Below, piece by piece: positions 7,810 to 15,786 of a stretch of DNA of 32,000 nucleotides. This DNA comes from Bacillus subtilis subsp. subtilis str. 168 (lineage in GTDB: Bacteria > Bacillota > Bacilli > Bacillales > Bacillaceae), in assembly GCF_000009045.1 (NCBI RefSeq), contig NC_000964.3, positions 810,001-842,000 on the forward strand, read 5' to 3'. Every line of letters begins with the position of its first letter. The stretch's first letter is position 1. A program made the position numbers and the translations under genes. The notes under the pieces are model-generated. The model saw nothing but the letters and a program-made list of their open reading frames with translations. It had not been told where the DNA came from and did not search any database.

Positions 7810-8829
7810 TCAGCTCGGATCACTGACCTTGATCAGCTGTTTCCCTTTATTTTCTCCCTTAAATAAACCGAGAAACGCGTCAGGAATGTTTTCGAAGCCT
7901 TCTGTGATGGTTTCCTCGTAATGGAGTTTACCAGCCTTCAGCCATTCTGCCAGCTGTTTTGCTCCCTCAGAAAAACGATCGGAGTAGTCGCTTACGATAA
8001 AGCCTTGCATCAGCGACTTCGTTTTAATGAGTTTTGATTGGACACGAGGGCCCATGTCATCTGCTTCGCTTTCTGCGTTATAGGAAGAAATGGCGCCGCA
8101 CACCGGAATGCGGGCAAATTCATTGAGCAGATTCATCACCGCGTCTGAAATCGGTCCGCCGACATTGTCAAAATACACATCGACACCGTCAGGACAAGCG
8201 TTTTGAAGCGCTTTTTGGATATCATCCGCTGTTTTGTAATTGATGGCTTCGTCAAACTGAAGCTCCTGTTTTAAATAGTCGATTTTTTCATCAGAGCCCG
8301 CGATGCCGACGACTCGCGCGCCTTTGATTTTGGCAATTTGCCCGACTGTTGAACCGACGGCTCCGGCAGCTCCTGAGACAACCACGGTTTCGCCTTCCTT
8401 CGGGCGTCCGATGTCCAGCAATCCGAAGTATGCTGTTAAGCCGGTCATTCCCAAAATGCCGAGATAGGCCGAAGCGGGAGCAAGGCTTGTATCAATTTTT
8501 CGCAAGGCAGACTCGCTCACAGCGGAAAATTCCTGCCAGCTGAGATTTCCGATGACGATATCGCCTTTTTTCAGATGATTCCCGTCTGACACAACTTCAG
8601 CGATAACCCCTCCAGAAAGCGCTTTATCCAAGGCGAACGGCTCAACATATGACTTCGTATCCTGCATACGGCCGCGCATATAAGGGTCAACCGATACATA
8701 AAGCGTTTTGACAAGCACTTCCCCTTGCTTGGGTTCAGGAACCGGAATGGTTTCAAAGCGAAAGTCTTCATGAACAGGAATACCTTGTGGACGTCTTGCT
8801 AATTGAATTTGCTGCTGAGATGCTGTCAT
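7810..8829 (-). CDS. yfmJ: NADP-dependent medium-chain oxidoreductase (alkenal/one reductase family)
   Basis: Rossmann motif VSGAAGAVGS. The start is at MTASQQQ, with GGAGG 6 nt upstream, giving 339 aa. Confidence 0.88.
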   Translation of the reverse strand: MTASQQQIQLARRPQGIPVHEDFRFETIPVPEPKQGEVLVKTLYVSVDPYMRGRMQDTKSYVEPFALDKALSGGVIAEVVSDGNHLKKGDIVIGNLSWQEFSAVSESALRKIDTSLAPASAYLGILGMTGLTAYFGLLDIGRPKEGETVVVSGAAGAVGSTVGQIAKIKGARVVGIAGSDEKIDYLKQELQFDEAINYKTADDIQKALQNACPDGVDVYFDNVGGPISDAVMNLLNEFARIPVCGAISSYNAESEADDMGPRVQSKLIKTKSLMQGFIVSDYSDRFSEGAKQLAEWLKAGKLHYEETITEGFENIPDAFLGLFKGENKGKQLIKVSDPS

Positions 8830-8994
8830 TTTCATCCTCCTATCACTTGGTTGACACCACTGTAACATGGACAGGAGAGGAAATACAAAAGGTAAGCTGG
8901 CATACAAAAAAGGTTATAGATGAGCTTATGCTTTCTACAAGCTCTTTTGTTTTAAAAGTTCTCTTTAGTCATTTATCATTATTAGAAAACAGAA

Positions 8995-9241
8995 CAGAAA
9001 AAGAGCTCCTGTACACCTAGCTAAGATTGGCTAGTGTGTATGTCGATTCTTTTTCATATTCTTGCAAGCATCTGCGAGGGGGAGCTTAGTCGTTCACATT
9101 TTGCTTTCGCATCAATCTGCAATAGCAAAGTCTATGCGATTTTTTTACATCAGCAAAGATTTGTTCAATTTTTTCCTTTTATGCCGAGTTTTTCTGAAAC
9201 AGATAATTGATGGTACTCAACCATTTTCTTTTGGTCAATAA
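8995..9241 (+). repeat. Left copy of the degenerate direct repeat flanking the island
   Basis: Colinear shared blocks with the right copy: cagaaaaagagc (8995-9006), tagcta, ttagt..cattt, ctgcaatagcaaag (9117-9130) and ttggtcaataa (9231-9241). Confidence 0.55.
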
Positions 9242-9310
9242 AGTAATGTTTACTTATTAATTAAACACGCGAAAAAGCAAACGAAAACATAATTAAATTT
9301 TATATATTTA

Positions 9311-10531
9311 TTAAAAGCTTATATGTTTATTTACCTTTTTTTTGAATTGTAATTGAGAAAATCCATATATTGCGGACACTAATAAAAGAATACCTGCTGA
9401 AACATAAACTAAACGAACTCCAAGGAAATCTGAAATAGCCCCTATAGCCAGAATTGAAAACATAAAAATGAACTGTACTAAAGAAGACCTTGCAGACATT
9501 ATATTAATTCGAGTTTGCTCGGTTGTTATGTTCTGAATAAGTGTTTCTTGTGTAAGATCTCTTAATATATAAGCCGGCCCCATAAAGAGAACCAAAATTA
9601 GAGCTAAGTATGAATTACTTATAAAACCATATATTAAAGTTAAACTTCCATATGAGACAGCGCCAATTAACATAAAATTAATTAACTTATTTTGAAATCT
9701 CTCCGACAGCTTATATATTATAAATCCCCCTATCATCGAACCTAAATAATATGCTCCATTAATAAATCCCCACCATGATTCTCCTTTATGCAAGACTTCG
9801 TTAACGAAAGCTAAAGAGACAGATCCTATCCAAATCATTCCTGCCCATGACTCAATTAAATCCATAATAATAATTGTTCTAAGTTTCTTTTGGCTAAATA
9901 AATACCGCCAACCACTTACTATACTCTTATTGGGAGAATTTTTTTCACGTATGACAGAATTAGCGTGGCCATGTGGTAGACAAAATAAAAGAGAAAGAAG
10001 AGATGTAAACAACAAAAAGATAGTAAGTATAATGGTATATCCCTCACCTAAAAATGCAATTATGAGACCACCTAAAGACCAGCCTACAAATTGAAAAGTT
10101 TGGTCCACTGTAGATAATAATCCATTTGCTTTTACTCTTCTATCAGGAGAGATTATTTCCCCTATAATTGCACTTTTTAAAGGTGAGAACCATCCATTAA
10201 AAAAGGAAATACAGCTAATAATAATAAAGACTAAAATGAGAGTTTGATTAGAGTAAGTTCTTAATAAAGCATAGAACAAACATATTAATAACAGCATTTG
10301 TATCAATTGAGAAATAATTATTGTAAGAGGCAGTTTTAATCGAATTGTTATTAACGGTAATATAGCACTTCCAAAAATACGAAAAATAATACTTATTAAT
10401 GTCACCATAGAGGCGATGGTTGTCGAATTGGTCATTTTAAACAAAAACGAAATCACTACCATAGTATATAGAGAAAAACCTAAATTTGTAGTGGTCTGGC
10501 TAAATAAAATAGAATAATAACCTTTACTCAT
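9311..10531 (-). CDS. yfmI: MFS transporter (12 TM, exporter-like)
   Basis: 406-aa very hydrophobic ORF with SD gggagga 6 nt upstream. About 28% G+C. Confidence 0.88.
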   Translation of the reverse strand: MSKGYYSILFSQTTTNLGFSLYTMVVISFLFKMTNSTTIASMVTLISIIFRIFGSAILPLITIRLKLPLTIIISQLIQMLLLICLFYALLRTYSNQTLILVFIIISCISFFNGWFSPLKSAIIGEIISPDRRVKANGLLSTVDQTFQFVGWSLGGLIIAFLGEGYTIILTIFLLFTSLLSLLFCLPHGHANSVIREKNSPNKSIVSGWRYLFSQKKLRTIIIMDLIESWAGMIWIGSVSLAFVNEVLHKGESWWGFINGAYYLGSMIGGFIIYKLSERFQNKLINFMLIGAVSYGSLTLIYGFISNSYLALILVLFMGPAYILRDLTQETLIQNITTEQTRINIMSARSSLVQFIFMFSILAIGAISDFLGVRLVYVSAGILLLVSAIYGFSQLQFKKKVNKHISF

Positions 10532-10570
10532 ATGTATCCTCCCTTGGAATAATTTTTCTCGGTAAAGAGC

Positions 10571-10597
10571 TTAAACATATTTAAACACCTTAAAACA
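10571..10597 (+). repeat. Three helically phased direct repeats TTAAACA / TTAAACA / TTAAAACA in the divergent promoter region
   Basis: Copies at 10571-10577, 10581-10587 and 10590-10597, spaced about 10 bp, between the yfmI and peptide-gene starts. Confidence 0.4.
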
Positions 10598-10620
10598 ACA
10601 AAAGTAAAGAAAAAATTTCC

Positions 10621-10649
10621 TTGTAAACTATTTACTTTTATTCTATTTA
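10621..10649 (+). promoter_or_regulatory. Putative sigma-A promoter for the peptide-yfmG transcript
   Basis: TTGTAA, a 17-nt spacer, then TATTTA. This is weak evidence because the region is very AT-rich. Confidence 0.3.
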
Positions 10650-10728
10650 TTGTTATTGTTTATTTAAGTTCTCTGACTATTCTATCAATATTCAGGGAAC
10701 CACATATCTTATTAAAGGGGGGAAAACC

Positions 10729-10800
10729 ATGAGAAAATTAAGAAAAAACTGGAGAAAATCGATTGTTAGCCCGGTTCTTTATACTAATGAAAAATGGTAA
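10729..10800 (+). CDS. yfmH: 23-aa cationic peptide MRKLRKNWRKSIVSPVLYTNEKW (candidate precursor or leader peptide)
   Basis: SD AAAGGGGGG (10714-10722) lies 6 nt before the ATG, and the stop is TAA at 10798-10800. It is the only SD-preceded ORF I found between yfmI and yfmG, so I infer by position that it is the locus named yfmH. Confidence 0.6.
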   Translation: MRKLRKNWRKSIVSPVLYTNEKW

Positions 10801-10808
10801 ACACTTAG

Positions 10809-10838
10809 GGAATAGCATTTAATGCTATTCCTTATTTC
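10809..10838 (+). terminator. Perfect hairpin (attenuator or leaky terminator) between the peptide ORF and yfmG
   Basis: GGAATAGCATT-t-AATGCTATTCC (10809-10831) followed by ttatttc. It starts 9 nt after the peptide stop codon. Confidence 0.55.
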
Positions 10839-10866
10839 AACAAACAAATCGGGAGGTTATCGTAAT

Positions 10867-12330
10867 TTGACTCTATTAATGCAAGATCATAAATCAATTT
10901 ACAATAAAGATATAGAAATATTAATTGAAGTTGAAGAACTTATTACTTCTGTTCCAGAAAATAAAAAAAATGATTTTAAGAGTTTAATCGATAATAGAAT
11001 TATGACTCTACTAAATAAAATTCAACACCCTGTAGCAGCGGAAAATGTGTTTGGGATGTGTATTGCTTATCCGAATACTTACATAAGGTATAGATTAATT
11101 GATTTCGTTGAAAAATGGGTACCTTATTTCTCTGCTGTAGAAACTATAATCAATCTAACCCAGGATCCGGATGATTTAGTTTCTTTTAAAGCTATGGATG
11201 TCTGTGCAAATCATAAAATTGAAGAATCTGTAGCATATTTGTCTTCGATTATTGATGATGTCCGGGAGAGTATAAGCTACCCTAAAAAACCTGTGGGATT
11301 AGGGGCCCAAAAAGTATTAAGTACATTATTAGATATATTCGGTGTTGAAAAACATGAAGAGCTAGTAATGCTAAAAAATTATTTTGATCAAAATGGTATA
11401 CTTCCTAATAACTTTGACTTTGAAGAAAAAATTCCTCAAAGTCTAATAGAGGAATTCGAAAAAACAGAAGAAGATGGGATGATTTTAATTCCGGGTGGCT
11501 TTTTTGAATTCGGTTTAAATGAAAATGAAATTCCTGACAAAACATTTAATTGGAAAGATGCTGTTCCTAGACAAAAAGTATGGTTACCTCCATTTTTTAT
11601 CGATAAGTATCCTGTTACAAATAAAGATTATGATATCTTTACCGAGTTCATAGAGGAAAATGGGCATATATTCTGTCATCCTAATGAACCGCAGAATAAA
11701 CAACATAGAAGAAATACATATTGGGATGATAGGTATTTAGATAATCATCCCGTTACAGGTATAGATTTTTATGATGCATTTGCTTACGCAAGATATAAGG
11801 GGAAAGAATTGCCAACCGAGTTTCAATGGGAAAAAGCTGCTCGAGGCGAAAAGGGTAATGTCTGGCCTTGGGGAGATAAATTTGATCCTGCAAAGGTTCA
11901 ATATGCTGGAAGTCTTTATAATGAACCCATTACTTCTTTAAAGTCCTGGAGAGAAAATTTATTAAAAGCTCATGCTGATAAAGAATTAAATCATTTAACA
12001 AGTGATATTTTTGAACAAAATGGTGAAAGTCCCTATGGAGTATGCGGTATGATCGGCGGAACATGGGAGTGGACTAGAAGTGAGCTTAAAACAAAGAGAG
12101 CTTTCCACCCTATTTTTGAGAATGTACCATTTAATAGTGTTAACTCATTTGCCGTTCTTAAAGGAGGATCATTCTTCTCTCATCCAGGCTTAATGTTCCC
12201 TTCTTTTAGAGCAAAAGATATTCCTTTCTGTCGACACAATGAAATGGGGATTAGATGCGTAAAGAATATTCCAGTATATAAAATTAGAGAATCAATTAAT
12301 GGGCCAATTACTAATAAAGCAATTTATTAA
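10867..12330 (+). CDS. yfmG: Cytoplasmic protein with N-terminal HEAT-like repeats and a C-terminal FGE-sulfatase (SUMF1/EgtB/PvdO) fold domain
   Basis: The C-terminal half has family motifs: ILIPGGFFEFG, FFIDKYPVTNKDY, HPVTGIDFYDAFAYARYKGKELPTEFQWEKAARG, GGTWEWT, LKGGSF and MGIRCV. I chose the TTG at 10867, 10 nt after GGGAGG. The alternatives are the ATG at 10822, which lies inside the hairpin, and the ATG at 10879. No signal peptide. Confidence 0.85.
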   Translation: MTLLMQDHKSIYNKDIEILIEVEELITSVPENKKNDFKSLIDNRIMTLLNKIQHPVAAENVFGMCIAYPNTYIRYRLIDFVEKWVPYFSAVETIINLTQDPDDLVSFKAMDVCANHKIEESVAYLSSIIDDVRESISYPKKPVGLGAQKVLSTLLDIFGVEKHEELVMLKNYFDQNGILPNNFDFEEKIPQSLIEEFEKTEEDGMILIPGGFFEFGLNENEIPDKTFNWKDAVPRQKVWLPPFFIDKYPVTNKDYDIFTEFIEENGHIFCHPNEPQNKQHRRNTYWDDRYLDNHPVTGIDFYDAFAYARYKGKELPTEFQWEKAARGEKGNVWPWGDKFDPAKVQYAGSLYNEPITSLKSWRENLLKAHADKELNHLTSDIFEQNGESPYGVCGMIGGTWEWTRSELKTKRAFHPIFENVPFNSVNSFAVLKGGSFFSHPGLMFPSFRAKDIPFCRHNEMGIRCVKNIPVYKIRESINGPITNKAIY

Positions 12331-12386
12331 TCATTCTAGGTTAGAGACTTGATAAAAGTATACTAACATTGTGTAGTAATGTTCAG

Positions 12387-12427
12387 CTTGTAGAAAAAAC
12401 AATGTTTTTTCTACAAGATTTTATTTT
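12387..12427 (+). terminator. Terminator after yfmG
   Basis: 15-nt arms CTTGTAGAAAAAACA / TGTTTTTTCTACAAG followed by attttatttt. Confidence 0.75.
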
Positions 12428-12460
12428 AAATGCTTTTCAAAATTATCAGGGATTGAGAAT

Positions 12461-12744
12461 CAGAAAAAGAGCCATTAAGCTCGATCTTAGCTAGGTATTA
12501 CGATCTTCTGTATATTATTGTGAGAAATATAGAAGATTCAGTTAGTTAGCATTTCGATTTTAAGCTGAGCCTGCAATAGCAAAGCATCTGTTTTGATTAT
12601 TCTTTTTCTGATACATAAGCTAATTTTGTCGCTTTTCTTTTTTGTCTTTTCACGCATTTCGAGGATGACTTACTATAATTCTTTCAGCTTTTCTATGTGT
12701 TAAGATTCGAATAGATGAAATAACTTTAACAAGTTGGTCAATAA
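12461..12744 (+). repeat. Right copy of the degenerate direct repeat flanking the island
   Basis: The same ordered blocks as the left copy: cagaaaaagagc (12461-12472), ctgcaatagcaaag (12571-12584) and ttggtcaataa (12734-12744). Confidence 0.55.
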
Positions 12745-12850
12745 GAACAGATTTAACTTTATGTTAAAAGAGTATCTCGTATAGAACATAAGAAGAATGA
12801 CGAGTTTTTTAAGATTATCATCAATTATGTGAGAATAAAATATTATAAGG

Positions 12851-12882
12851 GAAAATGAAGGCTGTCACGTTTCTCGACAGCC
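12851..12882 (-). terminator. Terminator after yfmF (end of the yfmCDEF operon)
   Basis: Stem ggctgtc / gacagcc. On the minus strand it is followed by ttcatttt. Confidence 0.65.
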
Positions 12883-12902
12883 CTAGGGAATTCCTCTCCT
12901 TT

Positions 12903-13703
12903 TCATTTCGCCCGTAATTTCGGGCACAGTCCCGTCGGCAGGCACATTGGCTTCTGGTCGATCGGGCTTCTCATGATGCAGCATTCCAAGCCGAAGACTT
13001 CACGGAAAAATGGCTGGGTGAACACATCTTCCGGTGTTCCGGCGTTGTATATTTTTCCGTCCAGCACACTGATCAGATAGTCAGCATATTGAGCGGCTTG
13101 GTTTAAATCATGGAGCACCATGACAACGGTGCGGCCATGGTCGCGGTTCAGCTTTTTCAGCAGTTCAAGCACTTCAATCTGATGTGAGATGTCTAAATAC
13201 GTGGTCGGCTCATCAAGCAAAAGCAAATCAGTGCCTTGCGCAAGTGCCATGGAAATCCAGGCTCTTTGTCTTTGGCCGCCTGAGAGGGCATCAAGTGTCC
13301 GATCCTTCAGTTCAATCATGCCCGTTGCTTCCAGCGCCCACTCTACCATGTCATGATCCTCTTGGGTATGCTTGGATAACAGCTTTTTGTGAGGATGTCT
13401 GCCAAAATAGCATAATTCCTCTACCGTCAATCCTTCAGGAGCCTGAGGAGATTGTGGAAGAATGGCCAGTTTTTTTGCGACTTCTTTTGATGGCTGGCGG
13501 TGGATGTCTTTTCCTTCTAGTAGCACTGTACCGCTTTTTGGGGCCATCAGCCTGGCGAGCGATTTGAGGATTGTTGATTTACCGCAGCCATTAGCGCCGA
13601 TGAGCGCAGTGATTTTTCCTTCTTCTATCTTTAAGTCGACTCCGTCAATAATCACTGTACTGTCATATGAAAGAGTGAGCTGGTCTGCAGCCAGTTTTCC
13701 CAT
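12903..13703 (-). CDS. yfmF: Iron-citrate (siderophore-type) ABC transporter, ATP-binding protein
   Basis: Walker [10 protein letters not shown], signature LSGGQRQR, Walker B LLLLDEP. FecE/FhuC-like. Confidence 0.92.
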
Positions 13704-13715
13704 GGTATCCTCTCC

Positions 13716-14717
13716 CTACTGTTTCCTCGCTTCGAATTTCAATAAATATAAGAAATAAGGCGCGCCGATCACGGCTGTCAGTATTCCGGCAGGTATTTCA
13801 ACCGGAGGCATGATGCCGCGCCCTAACGTATCTGCAATTAATAATATAATAGCACCAATCAATGCCGATGCAGGCAGTAAATATTTAGCTTTTTCTCCGG
13901 TAAGCCGTCTGGCGATATGCGGAGCAAGCAAGCCGATAAAACCGATTGAGCCGACGACGGCTACACAGCTTCCCGCCAGCGCCACCGCGGTGAAAATCAG
14001 GATGAATCTCAGCCGGTTTGCGTTTTCTCCGAGACCCTGTGCAAGCTCATCCCCGAGTGACATAAGATCCAGCTTCGGTATGAGTATGCAGACGATCGGA
14101 AAAAGAATCAAAAGCCATGGCGCAAGCAGCTTGACTTCTTCCCAGTTTCTTCCCCAGAGGCTTCCTGTCAGCCAAATGAGTGCAGCATTCACGTCGCCTG
14201 GAAACTTGACCATCATATATTGCATTCCGGCGTGGCAGACCGCGCCTAAAGCAATGCCTGATAAAGCCAGTGAAGAGGGCTGAATGCTCTTTTTTCGGGC
14301 TATCATTAATAATAGTACAGCAATAATGGCGGCTCCGGCAAATGCGGAGAACGGAAGCACGTATACCGGCGACTCAGGAAAGATGAGAATCACAGCCATC
14401 GCCGCAAGTCCGGAGCCTTTTGAAATGCCGACAACGTCCGGGGAAGCGAGCGGATTTCGGATCACACCCTGTAAAATCGCTCCGGCAGCGGCAAGTCCAG
14501 CACCTGCCAAAATCGCTAATATAATGCGGGGAAGGCGATATTGCTGGATGATAAATTCAAAGGAATGATCCAGTCCCAGCAGATTCGTCACTACCGCATC
14601 AGGTGAAATGTATAATGCACCGATTCCAATGCTGATGACGGACAGAACGATTAAAATCACGGCCAATATGAGTATCGCCAGTAAGGGGCGTTTTTGTTTT
14701 CTGGTTGTTTTCTTCAT
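13716..14717 (-). CDS. yfmE: Iron-citrate ABC transporter permease (FecCD family)
   Basis: 333-aa hydrophobic ORF with FecCD-type motifs (RNPLASPDVVG, GFIGLLAPHIAR). Confidence 0.92.
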   Translation of the reverse strand: MKKTTRKQKRPLLAILILAVILIVLSVISIGIGALYISPDAVVTNLLGLDHSFEFIIQQYRLPRIILAILAGAGLAAAGAILQGVIRNPLASPDVVGISKGSGLAAMAVILIFPESPVYVLPFSAFAGAAIIAVLLLMIARKKSIQPSSLALSGIALGAVCHAGMQYMMVKFPGDVNAALIWLTGSLWGRNWEEVKLLAPWLLILFPIVCILIPKLDLMSLGDELAQGLGENANRLRFILIFTAVALAGSCVAVVGSIGFIGLLAPHIARRLTGEKAKYLLPASALIGAIILLIADTLGRGIMPPVEIPAGILTAVIGAPYFLYLLKFEARKQ

Positions 14718-15715
14718 TTCAGGTTTCGCCCTTTCCTTGCCAAATATAAGAAAAACGGCGTTCCGATAATCGCGGTGACAATGCCGACCGGTGATTCATA
14801 AGGAAATGCAATCCATCTGGCCAGAACATCTGCGTACACCAGCAAAATGGCACCGAACAGTGCCGAAAACGGAAGCACGTATTGATAATGTTCTCCGATC
14901 AGCTTGCGGACAATATGCGGGACGAGCAGCCCGACAAAGCCAATCGGCCCGGCGACGGCTACGGAAGCGCCGGAAAGAATTAAAATAATCAAACTGATCA
15001 GAATCCTGATGCCGTTCATATTTTGTCCAAGCCCTTTTGCTGTTTCGTCTCCGAGACCGAGAACAGAAACAGAACCGGAAAATACGAGGGCAAGCCCGAT
15101 GCCAATGACAGAAAAAGGAGCGATGGTTATGACGTCCTGCCAGTTGCTGCCGTCGATTGCGCCTGTCATCCAGTACAGAACATCCTCACCTGACTCATTT
15201 AAAATAATGATGGCCTGTGTCATAGAGGAGAGGAACAAGTGCACGGCCATTCCTGACAGCGCCAGCTTGACAGGCGTCATTCCGCCGGATGAGGCAATCA
15301 TATACACAATCGCGCCGCCTGCTGCCGCACCCGCAAAAGCGAATATAACAGATGAATAGGGCGATGCCGGCAGAATGACGAGAGAAGCAACAACAAAAAG
15401 CGATGCACCCGCATTCACACCGAAAATTTGGGGTGAAGCCAGAGGATTTCTGGTCATAGCCTGCATCAGCGCCCCTGCTACAGCTAGGCTGGCGCCGACA
15501 AAAACGCCGATTAATGTGCGGGGAAGGCGAAGAGTAGAGATGATGAGCTGTTCCTTTGAACCGTCCCATACAAAAAGATATTTCAATGAATCTATGATGC
15601 TGATGTCTGAGGCTCCTACTGAAAGATTCAGCCCAAGCCCAAATATAAAAATAATCAGTGCAATGATAAACATCATCAGTCTTGATGATGAGCGCCGTTT
15701 GGCTGAATGATACAA
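14714..15715 (-). CDS. yfmD: Iron-citrate ABC transporter permease (FecCD family)
   Basis: FecCD motifs (RNPLASPQIFG, GFVGLLVPHIVR). The TTG start at 15715 follows AAGGAAGTGA, giving 333 aa. It overlaps the yfmE start by 4 nt. Confidence 0.88.
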   Translation of the reverse strand: MYHSAKRRSSSRLMMFIIALIIFIFGLGLNLSVGASDISIIDSLKYLFVWDGSKEQLIISTLRLPRTLIGVFVGASLAVAGALMQAMTRNPLASPQIFGVNAGASLFVVASLVILPASPYSSVIFAFAGAAAGGAIVYMIASSGGMTPVKLALSGMAVHLFLSSMTQAIIILNESGEDVLYWMTGAIDGSNWQDVITIAPFSVIGIGLALVFSGSVSVLGLGDETAKGLGQNMNGIRILISLIILILSGASVAVAGPIGFVGLLVPHIVRKLIGEHYQYVLPFSALFGAILLVYADVLARWIAFPYESPVGIVTAIIGTPFFLYLARKGRNLK

Positions 15716-15786
15716 CAGTCTCACTTCCTTACTGCGTCTGGTTGCAAAAACGAAGAAGCAAGGATTCCCCTCGCTTCTCATTTGTC

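Larger units (their letters stand above)
8995..12882. other. AT-rich genomic island (likely horizontally acquired) carrying yfmI, a 23-aa ORF and yfmG
   Basis: Composition drops abruptly. Sampled lines at 9841 and 11401 give 28% and 30% G+C, against 47% at 13021. Long AT-rich non-coding arms are bounded by degenerate direct repeats. Confidence 0.7.

Noticed and set aside
8922-8954. Hairpin GAGCTT..AAGCTC followed by ttttgtttt, upstream of yfmJ.
   Set aside because: No plus-strand gene ends here. On the minus strand it overlaps the probable yfmJ promoter (TTGTAG, a 16-nt spacer, then TATAAC). I cannot decide between chance, an operator and a distant yfmI terminator.
9117-9130. The exact 14-mer ctgcaatagcaaag, repeated at 12571, taken alone as evidence of a mobile-element end.
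   Set aside because: A single 14-mer pair is roughly what chance gives in 32 kb. I report it only as part of the colinear multi-block repeat. It contains no ORF and no recognisable IS inverted repeat.
10759-10776. Possible FGE recognition motif (C/S-x-P-x-R) in the 23-aa peptide around SIVSPV.
   Set aside because: The spacing is wrong because Ser and Pro are adjacent. There is no Arg two residues after the Pro and no Cys. The peptide is not a canonical FGE substrate.
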